NCBI RefSeq assembly: GCF_001186125.1
Contig: NW_014040478.1
Location: 89,180 to 122,239, forward strand
Direction: 5' to 3'
Source of the DNA: Sphaeroforma arctica JP610
Lineage: Eukaryota
DNA: 33,060 bases
The notes beneath the pieces were generated by a model. That model was not told where the DNA came from, searched no databases, and saw only the letters and a program-made list of their open reading frames with translations. The position numbers and the translations under genes were made by a program. This document shows, piece after piece, positions 10,691-22,829 of this stretch (position 1 is the first letter of the stretch; each line of letters opens with the position of its first letter).

Positions 10691-10718
10691 GACGTGAGGA
10701 GAACAGATGAGACGAAGT
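10691..10718 (-). repeat. A1 5' terminal repeat of the YR retrotransposon
   Basis: 26/28 identity to 2458-2485. Flanked on the outside by a poly-C run. Confidence 0.8.
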
Positions 10719-11388
10719 CCCCCCCCCCCTCCCTGCCTTTTTTTTATAAAACTACTTTTCTTTCAGCCTTCAATTACAGACCCACAAAAGTGTGCTCTAT
10801 TTTTTGAAACAGAATTTCATTTAGGATCCTTCGGGGGCCTCTTTAGGGCCTACAAATGGGGAAAAATCCTTCTGGACTGATTTAGCGTTCCTGACAAATT
10901 TCAAGTTCAAAAAAAAGAAATAGGGACTCTAGTCTCTAGTCACTCTACAGCTACGCTTTCGGTGATAAAAAAAAGTCCTACATACATGCGGACTTGTATT
11001 TTTCTAGATGGTCATAAAAAAGTAAAGTATTCAGAGGTTAGGGTTTACGAGTAAATAATGCAGTTTGGTTGGATAAAGGTTGCGCGCGCTTTCTTCCTGT
11101 GTGATCGACGGATTAGATAGATTTTCAGCCGGCATGTGTAAAATAATTGAAATAATAAATAGGTTTTTATATATGAATGTGTATGCTCGATTACTGCCAT
11201 ACTGGTGAATAGGATGCGTATTATCATCTTGTTGGCCTAGAATTCTATAGCATTCACAGCGTATATCGACTAACTTAGTGACATACTAATGTGAACCGTC
11301 GTATCAACGGAATACACCAAACTCTTCCTGCCAGATATAGCTATCACGCAACGGTCAAGGATAAATTCGCCTTCATTGCTAACCGAGG

Positions 11389-14300
11389 ATGTTGACAACT
11401 ATAAATGATGCCATGTGTTATGACGACGGTATTGACGACGATGACATGGCTCAACTGCTCGATGATCTCAGTCACAACAGTGAATTGACTTCTAGTAAAG
11501 GGGCCGAAGATAAGCAAACCTCTGGAAATAATGTTGACCAGAGCCCTTCTAGTGCACTAGAAAAGGTTGATTCCCCTACGGCGTCTATCGATGATTTGGA
11601 TGACAAAGACGCTCAGTCTGATATTGATATGGACGAATTGGCTTTGTTGGAAGGATTAGGCGATACTGACTTGAATGGTAGCACTAGTATCCATAGCAAC
11701 GATGAGGGGTTGAATGGTGTTGACGATGCGGAACGGGGCTCGGTGATTGCGTCCGAGGAAATACCAAATGTCGCGGTTCATGGTAATGAAACAGCGTCTG
11801 AAAGTTTAAAAGTTGATGATCTTGCCGCGCTTGCTAAAGTAGAATCGAGCAAATGTAGGCCCAGAAGCAAGCAACAGGGCTTACTCGATACCAAAGAGAG
11901 TGAGGGCGTGGATGATATGCCAGAGATTGAAGATAAGAAGCCCGAGCATATTTTTAAGGAAGACTTTGAGCGCATACGTGTGAATCATGAGAGAAAGGTG
12001 AAGAAATGTGAGGCAGAGATACGGTTGGTCAAAGATAAGCTGGCTGGATACCATGCGGACTTCATTGAACAGTGCAAGAACTATGGACAACCACTGCTGC
12101 GAGAGGGTGTGTCCGAGGCAGATAAGGCTGGTATGTACCATGTGCAGAGCTTCAATACATGTCGTATACAGGGAGATGGCGATCTATATAAACACACACA
12201 CAAACGCACACAGGCAAACACCTGCCCCGTGGACATGTTTATAGGCGTCGACATTCATATATATTTATGTGCATGTACCTTTGAATGTTTTTATATCGTC
12301 AAATGTCTGTGAGTGATCTGTATGTTTCTAATCAATGGCGCTTTTAACAAAAGTGTCAGTAACACCAACTCCGACACAAGAATCACAACAAGATCGTTAA
12401 GTTCGGCTGCCAACACTATGCATGACCCATTTATAAAGTGTTCTGACTGGCAGAAGACAATGCGGACATACTTTGCTGCTGCGACTCGGCTGGGGCGGGT
12501 ACTGCATTCCAAATATCTCGAGCAAACTCTCGTTTTGTTTACACCCAGGAGAGCAGTCGATCAACAGCAGTCGATCAACAGAACCGTATAGCGTTGAATT
12601 TAGTATTCAGAGATACCACGTACGCTGTGTAATATTGCGACATATTAGTATGATGTATCAAAGATGACCTAGTGACATGCATAGTGCCTTTCTATGTTTT
12701 TAACGCACCGAATGTCATTAGTAGTGCTTGCTTAATCGTGCGTAATGCATATCGCGACATGCGTCATGTCTGCTAGCGCGTGGGTTGGTCATCACCATAT
12801 GCGTGTCTCATCATATATTTTGTGCTAGTCAATCCATTCTTATTTCTACTAGTAAGGGCGATGCTGTATTTCATGCATGCTGGGTGCTTTCTGTCATATC
12901 CCGTCACGGCACTTATAGCGATGGTGCGTAATAGTCTTTAAGAAAGTACCATTCTCCATCGTTATTGAGTATACAAATCGTTTGACTTTGTACAGCCCCT
13001 GTGGAAAAGCCGATAGTCAGATATACGGCTCCAACCAGCAACAACTTGTCTTTCAGTAAGAGTTCCCGTCGCAGCGCGATGACTCGCGATGAAGAGGAAC
13101 GCGCAGCAAAAGAAAGGGCCGAATTACAGGCCGAGACCCGGAACAAAAGAGTCGAGACCGAGCTGTATACAGGCTTGAGTATCACGTAAGTTAAACTATA
13201 CAAGATGTGATTCGATATGCTCTCGAATGTGATTACGGACTTCCATCTGCTCTTGTACCTGTATATCTGAAAAAAAAGTTGTGATAAGACATCCGACCGT
13301 CGTATGAGTTGCTTACCTACCTATTGCCACCGTCCGCATATCAGCCAGCGTCGGATCTCCGTAGAATGGCTCCAGAAGAACCTGAACAACAGGCAGGTCA
13401 AGCGCATCACCGGTCTAAGCAGATACTTCGCAGGCACTCGGCACGCCACGGAGGACTTTGTTGTAATGGGCGTGCTCGAACAGATGCGCACCACTAAAGA
13501 TGTAGGTGCTGACTATTTGTAACAGTCCACTCCAAGCACATTGACCTTTCCTTTGACTCCAAACAAAGCCTGTGTACTGTGTGTTTAAACCCTGTTTTTG
13601 CTTCTGATTGTGTATTTGCAGGGTAATAAAGAGTTCTGGAGCTTAACGGACCTTAAGGGAGAGAGCCAAAGCTTCCTGCTCAAGATAGAGGTGGCCAAGG
13701 AGTTAAAGGCAGATGAGTTCAAAAGAGGGAGTTTAGTTGCCATTCTGAATCCAGCTGTCATGAAAAAAAGCGGAGTAAGTTGGGTGGGACAGTATCATTG
13801 TTTTATTCGGGCAGGCACGGTTATGCTCGTTAAATGAAAAAAAGGGGAGGAATTGCAGTAGATGTGTACACATACCCTAATCGGGGTTCACTTACAATTG
13901 TCACGGTTACCACAGGATTTCAAGTCGCAACTGGTGGTTGTCAATGAGAAAGATCAGATAATCAACATGGGGGACTGCCCGGATTTTGCGATTTGCAAAT
14001 CTAAGAAGAAGGACGGAAAAAAATGTACCATGGCGGTCAACATATCGTATGTTGCCAACTTTCGAGTAATGTAGACACGAGCCACTCTTTATTCAGGTGA
14101 TACCTTGAAGTGCTTGTTGTGTCGACGAACCGACGTTCGAGTGCTCATAACGTCGATCTAGTTATTCCGGAACAGTCTAGTTATTCCGGAACAGATTGAT
14201 ACGGCCTAATTATTACTATCTATCTTGTAGGAGGAGTGCCTACTGTAAATCTCATCTAACGACAGGGCTCAAGGAGAATTCGGCAAAACGAGCCCTTACA

Positions 14301-17300
14301 AATGCACAGTAAGTCCGGAACTTGCCTTTTTCCTCTTGAGCTTATTATGGTCGTTCACACCGTGTTTGCCATTCGATTCGCTGACATGAGGCTAGTGGAT
14401 ATACCGAGATAATTTTTGTTAAAGTCTAGCCTCGTATATGCATAATAGGCAAACAAATACACGTCTAGTCAACGTGAATACGGTAACCAAGACGATGAAA
14501 TCCCTGACGAACGGAGTGCCTCAACAATCTGGGGCAGAAAAGCTCTCTGCCGTCGTGCAAGCATCGGAGAATGTGAGTTGATTTTTCAGAAACCCTCTGA
14601 TATAGTACTCATGTCGAAATGTAAATAATAGATATTTGTTTATTGCACATCTCCGCTGTTTGAATCGGGCGATTGCATACATGCCAAAGCTCACCGACAC
14701 ACCTTATATACACCACCAGGCATCACTGAGCTACATCAAACCTAGGCAAACTACATCTGTGTCTGCTTCCAAAGGGTAAGTTTTTTTAATTTTCGAGCTT
14801 GATTATCAAATGCGGTAGAGAAAATTAGCGCGCAATAATGGTTCTCTTCAACTCACCAAATTCACTGAACTTATGGCCATTCTTGTTTTAGAATTGATTT
14901 GAATTCCTCCGCTGTCAATAAGCTACGAGGAGCGTCACAGTTCCAAAAAGGTGTGGGAATTATCATGCAATACAACTTTATACAGATTGCCTCGGCACGT
15001 GCTCTCTGCCTTGACGCGACCGTTCTTGCCAAAACATCGTTTACAGATATATTAAATTGTACAATTTTTGAAGCTGAATATACTTCATCTGCTCTGCATT
15101 ACAGTCGGTGTAGTCAGAAACACACCCACATATGATCCAAGTCGTGATAGAGGTGATAAGAGGGCAGAAACAGCAAGCAAGAAGCTTCAAAAAGGCGGAT
15201 TTATGCAATGCCCGGTGTCGGAGAAGAGTGGCCGTGATTTCCTGATCGAAGCGGAGCGTAAAAAGGCAGGCTATTGTGCTCACTATTTACTGGCCCAGAA
15301 TATACGAACCGTGGTTCCACGATTGCTACCTGATCATTGTCGAAATTCGTGTAGTCCTTCACAACTATAGTCTTGTGTATACTTATATATTCCCAATTTG
15401 GTGTATTACAGATGCTGGCGAAGAGAACCGCTCTGATTAAGTCTAAGATTAAAGCCTTTGATCCCAACCAATGCCCGCCTGTGGACGAGGATGTACTTGC
15501 GGCGAATCTGAGGAGAATGTATGCATAAATGCAAGCTCACAAAGCACTTCATTCTCCAATTCTCGTTTTTGATTTTAAATGACGGATTTATTCACCCCCG
15601 TACGAACTCAAGCATTTTTAATATTTTCTAAATCATAGGGATGAGAAGGAGGCCGAAGCCAAAAGCTTGAATAAGCGGAAGAAGGACAGTGCTGATGAAG
15701 GTGTGTAAAGCCTTCGCGAGTCATATTGCAGATTGCATATAATAGGTATTATTTCTAAGTAAGCTATCCAAAGAGCCACAGGATACATGTTTCTAGTATA
15801 TAATTGATTACTATTTCATTTATATTACGACAGCCAAACCACGTAAGAAAATATTAAGGAGGGGTTTAGAGGGCGAGTCGAAGCCTGCCGAAAAACCCAA
15901 ATTTGGTCAACTGGCACGCGGCAAATTAGATGAACTCATCAAAAAGGAGGCGATCAATCAAAAGCTTCATGAACTGGTATAGTTGAATATATTTCTGTAT
16001 CTTTGTTTTTATGTTTGTTTATATTGATTTGAGATCATTCGGTTCAATTGTATGATTTGCACTCGATAGGAATTGTATTGGGTTGAATTGGCTTGTATTT
16101 TTACATTTATCATGAGATTGTATCGAATTGGTTGTATTGGATTGAACAGTTTGGGATTGAGTTGATTCGAATTACATGGATTTGAATTGATTGATTCGAA
16201 TTCGATTGTATTGAATTGAATTGTAATCAGAGGATCGAATTGAAATGCATTTCATGGTATTGGATATTGTATCAGATTATTTTGGATGGTTTTGATTCGG
16301 ATTGAATTGATTTGATTTGAATTGATTTAGATTGTATCAAATATGATTGAAATGGAATGGGTTGTGTTGTATTTGATTGCACTAATTTGGATCAGCATTT
16401 GAGTTAGATTGTAATGAAGGGTGAATTTGAATCGAATTGAATTGAATCGAATCACACTGTATTGGTTTATATTGAATTAGGGTCTGATTGTACTAAATTG
16501 TACTGAATTTTATCGTATCAAATCGGATTGTATTGTATTGAGCTGGATCGGGCCGAATTGGATTAGATTTTATGCCTGCGTATACATTTACATGATTATA
16601 TCTACATACTTGTACACTTTAGGCGATACTTTAAGAACCCCTATTTGCTTTGTACTACACAGGAGGAGAAAGAGTTAGAAAATGAAAGAGACGAGATTCT
16701 GATCAGAAAGGAGCAGATTTACGATGTGATGGCATCAACCAAGGAAAACACTCGAACCTGTCAGTACTGCGAGGATGTAAGCTAATTATTATGGTGGGCT
16801 ATTGAGCGTTGAGATTTGTGGATTGATTGAAGATTCGATACATGCGCTTGTGCATGTAGTGGCTTTCGCTTTTTGTGGCTCGACATTTTCACATGTGACT
16901 AATGAAACTTCCGCATACCAGTGCGACATATACTTCTATACCAAAGAAGCCCTGTGTCTCCAAAAGGGCCACACATTCAAAGTGAAGAAAGACTGTGTGG
17001 TCCGATACTTCAAGTGTAATGGATGTAAGAAGAAGATCCAGACTATCAACAGAAAAATCCCGGATCGTTGCAAGTATGTATCATTTGTCGAAGATTGCAG
17101 GTTTTGTAAATGTTCGGAAGCTGCTCGATAAATAACTGTGTCAAATATTGCAACTTTCGGCTGCAACTTACAGTTGAGTGCTAAATTCAATAAATCTACT
17201 TACTTCCGCTACTGCAGACATTGCAGATGTACAAGCTTGACTAGGATGGGCATGATAGATGAAAAGAAAGTGAAGCCGGGAGAAGAATTCCTGGCTAGGT

Positions 17301-17487
17301 ATGTTGCCATTCAATATGTATTTTCTAAGTCTGCGAACCGCTGTTTTGGTCTATCGGACATGACAAGGAAGACAGAATATTGATAATGCTGATCCACCTG
17401 CAATTTATTGAAATCACATACTACAGAGGAGAAGAACATGGCATCGTGCTCGGAAGCAAACCAGTGCCCGCCGGTGTAAATACGTAA
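11389..17487 (+). CDS. MCM10: Minichromosome maintenance protein 10, about 17 exons
   Basis: In-phase exons at approximately 11389-12130, 12996-13185, 13345-13501, 13622-13774, 13916-14046, 14231-14308, 14449-14572, 14720-14775, 14892-14950, 15104-15265, 15412-15518, 15639-15700, 15834-15976, 16663-16776, 16922-17073, 17218-17298, 17427-17487. Motifs: ELYTGLSI, DFVVMGVL, WSLTDL, GSLVAILNP (OB fold); CKSKKKDGKKC...VN...YCKSH (CCCH finger); C-terminal Zn domain YCEDC...CLQKGH...RYFKCNGC...CKHC...RMGM...LARGEEH. Confidence 0.93.
12552..12581. repeat. 14-bp tandem duplication in MCM10 intron 1
   Basis: agcagtcgatcaac twice, plus ag. Confidence 0.85.
14157..14194. repeat. Perfect 19-bp tandem duplication in an MCM10 intron
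   Basis: tctagttattccggaacag twice. Confidence 0.95.
16020..16570. repeat. Degenerate pentanucleotide satellite (GAATT/GATTG/GTATT)n in an MCM10 intron
   Basis: About 550 bp of ttgaa/ttgga/ttgta/tcgaa units, C-poor on the plus strand. Confidence 0.9.
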
Positions 17488-17927
17488 GTTTTCTCGTTTG
17501 CCACGACTGAACATCACTGCCGATCCGTAAAGTGCAATCATATAGTGAGGCTCTAGGTCGTTTATCATAAATCTGCCCACCTGAGCTGTACAGATTTGCA
17601 TTGCAATAGTTACAACTTTCTGTGAGATAACCACTCCACCTCTCTGATTTAATCCCTGTAGAAACGACCAACTGCGAAGTGTTCACGAATAAGAACAGAC
17701 TTAGATGTTGCACACAGCGAGGAGCTGGATATTCTTCGTTCCAAGCTGATGAGCTCATTGCAGTGGAAATCCAATGCATTCGACAGATGATCCACAGTGC
17801 AACTATTGAGTACATCCTTCATGTTTAACATGATATACTGTGAAAAGTCAGATTCGCCGTTTGCAGTGATCGGGCCAGTGTGGCTTGTACTGTACATTCT
17901 GCTTTTGGACTGTAGACGTGTATGTTA

Positions 17928-20900
17928 TCAGGGCAATAGCGGCTCTCGTGATGTGACCTCATGAAGTGTGTGCTTCCGCCAATAGTCAGAGGATTTCGAC
18001 CTCGGAATGTCGTTGTGTAGGACAGTGTTAATTATCTGATGGAATATAATTAGACGTACGATGTTAGTAGACTGAGTTTACTGGAGATTTGAATGTAAAT
18101 ACGAGTCACCTACTACTACTTGTCCACAAGGCATACTAATAGTGTTTGGGATTTGTATATGTGAATGGTTCACTGGTATCTTGTAATCAGAAGGTTGCAC
18201 ATACATCGACGTGTGCACAACAGAATTACATACCTCACTTAGTGCAGCATCCAATTGCCTGGACCTGCTTAGCAAATCGATATCATTCTCGTCTAGTCCA
18301 AACGGGCCCTTATAATTAGAAATTATTATAACAGATAAGGAAAGTCAGTGATCCTTCGAGGAGTGTGTGTTCAGAGACATCGCAATGCCAGGCGATTGAC
18401 ACTCCCATATTGTTAGAAGTCAGAAACAACCCGAATTCTGGTCTAGCTGCCAGCACACACACCTCCACTTCTATTGCGATCTCCTCACATCCGTAGAATA
18501 TCATGGCTACTAAGAAAGCCACGAATGGTGCCACCCACCGCAGATCATCCGCATACGACCAGGGTGCGATGGAAGTGTAGAGAAAGATCATGTGCTTCAG
18601 CAGTTGGGCGTACTGCATGGGATAATGAGCACATGTTGAGCTAATAAATTGGCGCGTAACGGTAAAGCTGAAATAAAATCAGAGTGATCGAATTGGATAA
18701 AAAATACTGAGTGCTGATTCAGAACATACCGAAAAAGGTATCGGCGTGAACGCCACCTTCAATATGGTTTGTAGATTTTCGCTGAGACGATTTACTTGAT
18801 AATCAATGTCTTGTGCAAAGCGAACATCTAAGTCACCAGAGCGCTTGTGTTAAATGGAGGAAAAAAAATTGTGATCTTGGAATGAATATACATAAGTATA
18901 CCTATACGATAAGCACATATGTATGGCTCACTATTATCGAAAACAATTGGCCCGTTTTCATGTTTATCGCTGGGCTAATTACCATTACATCAAACAGAGG
19001 CAGTAGTTATGAGTGATAGACATACCGTTAGATCTGCGGAAATCATCCTGATCCAAGTTAATACGATGAATGGTCTCGTCTTTGACGACGTCTCAGTCAA
19101 TTCTTGGCTGTAAAAAGATAAATGGTTTACGTTATCACGAGCAAAACAGTTCGCGCTACATTTGTGACCATTAGCAGAATCAAACTACTGTATGTGTGAT
19201 CGAGACCACGTACATTGCTTTATGTGAAATTAGGCATTTCTGAGAACATATTTGAATTTCAAGCACTATTTCATAATTTTTAAGAAAAATGGGTTCATGT
19301 ATTGTATGGTGAAAAGGTCTACATGCTCTGTGTGTGACGGCACCTTTGATTCGTGCTCATATGGTTAAGAAATCACAATATACCTTCTACAACGGTTGTG
19401 GCGCTCCTCGAATGCCTGATGTTTATGGCACTCCGCTAGCTTCATGTGTTCGCCCTGCCTCAAGAATTAACCATGGTCACATAAAGTCAGATGATTACTT
19501 ATCGGCTCACTCTACGTTTTCGTACATGTACGACAATGCTTATCTACCGTGAGAAGTGATCTCAACAACACACCTGCCAAGATAAGGGTACCATACATGG
19601 CCTTAGAAGGAGGGAGCTATTCTCGAGTCTCGAAACCCCCTAAAAAAACGTTTGCACAGTTACAGACCTACTTCGGTAATAAGCTCCAACTCGGCCAGGT
19701 CAAAATGACAATCATCTCCTTGCACATGCTTGTAGATCAGCGACAGAAATAAAACCAGATACTGATGGGTACGATCCATCGTGGCCTTCATATCCGCGGG
19801 GTTCTCGATGGTTGTGTAGGATAATAATTGCCCCGTGATACATCTAGCACCATCAGACAGGGCACCACATGACCGCACTCCAGTGTCCCATAGAGTAAAA
19901 GCAGAGGTCACACGAAACGCCAAGAGCAGGGTGAGTAGTAGACCGGTTTCGGTGATGATCTTAACGAACCCACTGGAGAAGTTGACCCCACGCTCGGCTG
20001 TTGGGAGCGAAGTTTTAATTCGTAAAAGTAGTTTTTTAAATACTAACGGATTCTAAGGTTATAGATCTATATACACAACAAACGCATACGTAAAGAATTA
20101 AGTGTACTTAAATATTGAAGCTGAGATGTTATTATATGCCACAAGAGCGAATGATATGTATCAGGAAATGGGACCCTAAGCCAAAATAATAGAGACAAGG
20201 CGGCACTTTAGAAGTAAGAAGAGGAAGCAGGGCATTGCCGTGAAAATATACCAGCGATAACGGCAATACAGGCTGAGACTGCGGCCAGGCATGACCTCCA
20301 AGCTACTCATAGCTTGATATATGATCCGCGTTTCTGCAAAAAATATGGATACAAATTATAGATACAATGATATACGACTAGAATTTTCATACGCGACCGC
20401 AAGTTTGGGGTGTGATATCATAGTTCGTGGACATTAGCTGAACGACTCGCGATTCTATCGGTATTTCTTTAGTATAACCATGGATGCGTGTATTCATGTG
20501 TAGGAGATTGCTTGTATTTGTTGAGTTGGATATGTATTTCTCCAAATACTATGACAGTTGTAATCTTTGTCATTGAATATTCGTGTAACATAGCAACGTG
20601 TATATCTCGATCCGCGTCGTTGACTCTCCTCGGTGTATTCTATATGATAACTCAAACTCACCTTTCTTGATGGCATATAAATGTATACTAAGCAAGCCTT
20701 CCATCGATACTATCTCAGTCATAGCCAGTGTAAGTTTAGCGCTACCAAGTATAGACCACGAAGGAGATATTGTCCATTGTACACACTAATAAGATATATT
20801 TTATTGAGCTTCCTAACACTACTGATGTACGCAATCATCACACACGCACACGCTGGATCAACAAACATCACATTGACTGCGCCTCAATCGATAACCAATG

Positions 20901-21603
20901 CGTCAAAGTTTTACATGCGGAGACTTTATGTTGAATTTATATAGACTGCAAACATGTGTATTACACACCTATCCCTCAGACCGTTGAATATAGAAAGTCG
21001 CACGTACGTGATATATCAGTGCATAGTGTAAAATTCTCCGAATAAGATTCAAACTAGATTAATGTCTCGTGTCCGAAGATGAACCCACATCTTCAATCCA
21101 TCGTCGCCTTATTTGAATCAAATGTACACGCACGCAAAGGAATCAAGAAGTATATCGGCAAGCACACATTCTACTCACACTCAAGTACACACACTCATGT
21201 ATGCCCACATACAAATGTATAAAATACGAAAATAACAAACACGTACGTGACTTATTAGTGGGCAGCACAGGTTTATCCGTATTTACCACTTGTCAAGCTT
21301 AGGATTATGTCTGACATTCGTCGTGCACAACCGCGATCATACACGCATACCACTATGACGTTTATTCAAAAGCGTAAGAACGCACAGAGTAAGGTGCACA
21401 TCGGGATTTAGAAACCACAACCAGCATGTACACATGATATTCAACACATATACACATTCACTTACATCAATTGCACCTATGTGTATATACAAAGATGTGT
21501 GTAAATGATGGAAGTGATATTACGTGTACACATACAAACAAAGCCATAACTTACGAACCTGGTATAATATCCGCAAGTACTGCTGTGAATGGTAGTATAT
21601 CAT
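17928..21603 (-). CDS. Bestrophin-family anion channel (YneE/VCCN-like), possibly disrupted
   Basis: Exons give MIYY...LYQ|KRGSY, GLLLTLLLAFRVTSAFTLW...GAL...R, RPFIVLTWIR, ILKVAFTPIPFS|YAQLL, YGCEEIAIEVE|GPFGLDENDI. An in-frame TGA lies at 20309-20307 in the best model. The C-terminus may extend to 17649 if a 48-nt intron removes TGATAA. Confidence 0.88.
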
Positions 21604-22829
21604 CGTAACAGCACAAAGAGACAGAATAAACTATATATTTACACCACAATGAAAGCCACTGTATTCAATAGTTTATCTCGCGTTTGTGACGAAAGTAGTA
21701 ATAAATTAAATGAGGACGCGCACAAGGGTTATATTACTTTTCGAAGAAAATATTTCAAATCTTGTACTCTCTCGAGTATTCCCCAGCATTGTTAGCATCT
21801 CTTCATTTACGTGGGCGAGATAAATTTGGCGCTCAAAAAATTTGCAAGCTGACTGAGTGACCACTGACCAGTGACCACTGACTGACACGATAGAGATCAA
21901 CCTGACTGTTCTGGGAGTTTTGCCCTAGACAGATTTTTTTTTAAATATATAAGGCATATGCACTTAGTGTCCACATATACAACCCACACGTTCACACACA
22001 GTAATATAAATATACATGTATGCATATAAGGTGCTATGTTAAGCAAAAAGATACAGTAACGTTCAAGAACCATGGTGCCTCCAGCAAATAACAACATCAA
22101 GGCTATTGAGTCGGCGCTGAACTCCATCAGGTGCTTTGTATTTTAACTGTACTTCAATTTTCCGATTTACCTGGCGAGTATTGTAGGTAGCTGTTCTGTA
22201 CTGATACCACACGGGCTGCATTTAGATAGAATACTTCAAGAAACCGAAGCACACAGGGTTGTTCCCACATTAACTACAAGCGTTTTCAATGGTTTAGGTA
22301 TTGTCAGTAGTTTTAAGTGACGAGCTCAACAACGGTGTTCCATGCACCGTCTGTTACAAATGCATGCTTTCCTTTGGGGAAAAATCTTTCACAAAAGCAA
22401 TCAAATTCGCACAGAAAATTAACAATTATGGACGATAGTCTGTAACCATAGTCCTAAATATATACTACCAACCCACAACTGATCTCAGTCGACGAAACGT
22501 GCGGCTGTGTGTCAACAACAATAAAACCCGTCTTTGTTCTCTGGCGATTATGTCTCATATGTTAAAATATGCGTAACTATCGAACTCATGTACTATCTAG
22601 TATTCTTGCTTGCTATGTTGCTCGCAAATTAAGTCCTCTGAATTACCCTTGTCGCCCCCGATGTCTACTTATAATACATAAGGCGAGAAAAGGGTCGCTA
22701 TCGAGCTCATGCACTGTTATTGCTACTCTTGATAGATGTGATAATAGTATATCAGCACACCGACGTCATATATATTATTCAACCACTAGCGAGAGTCAGA
22801 ATATCGTGGTGGAGAACATCCACGACAGC

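Larger units (their letters stand above)
2201..10718 (-). mobile_element. Tyrosine-recombinase retrotransposon (DIRS/PAT-like), decayed, with nested insertions
   Basis: Minus-strand domain order is gag-like (10642-10388 and about 7440-6850), RT (KFKMKG 6309-6292; YADD 6052-6041), RNase H (TDAS 4372-4361), methyltransferase-like (3975-3622), tyrosine recombinase (about 3330-2621). A 28-bp direct repeat is shared by 10691-10718 and 2458-2485. The left boundary rests on a weaker repeat. Confidence 0.9.

Noticed and set aside
11036..11046. Telomere-like ggttagggttt
   Set aside because: Fewer than two units; expected by chance.
12313..12591. 92-aa ORF inside MCM10 intron 1
   Set aside because: Exons 1 and 2 join in phase without it; no clear motif.
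20307..20309. Selenocysteine or reassigned UGA
   Set aside because: Not a Cys or redox position, no SECIS identified, and other genes have no internal TGA.
21706..22127. Upstream minus-strand ORFs as the bestrophin N-terminus
   Set aside because: A family-like start (MIYY...RGS) exists at 21603; these are more likely UTR or intergenic.
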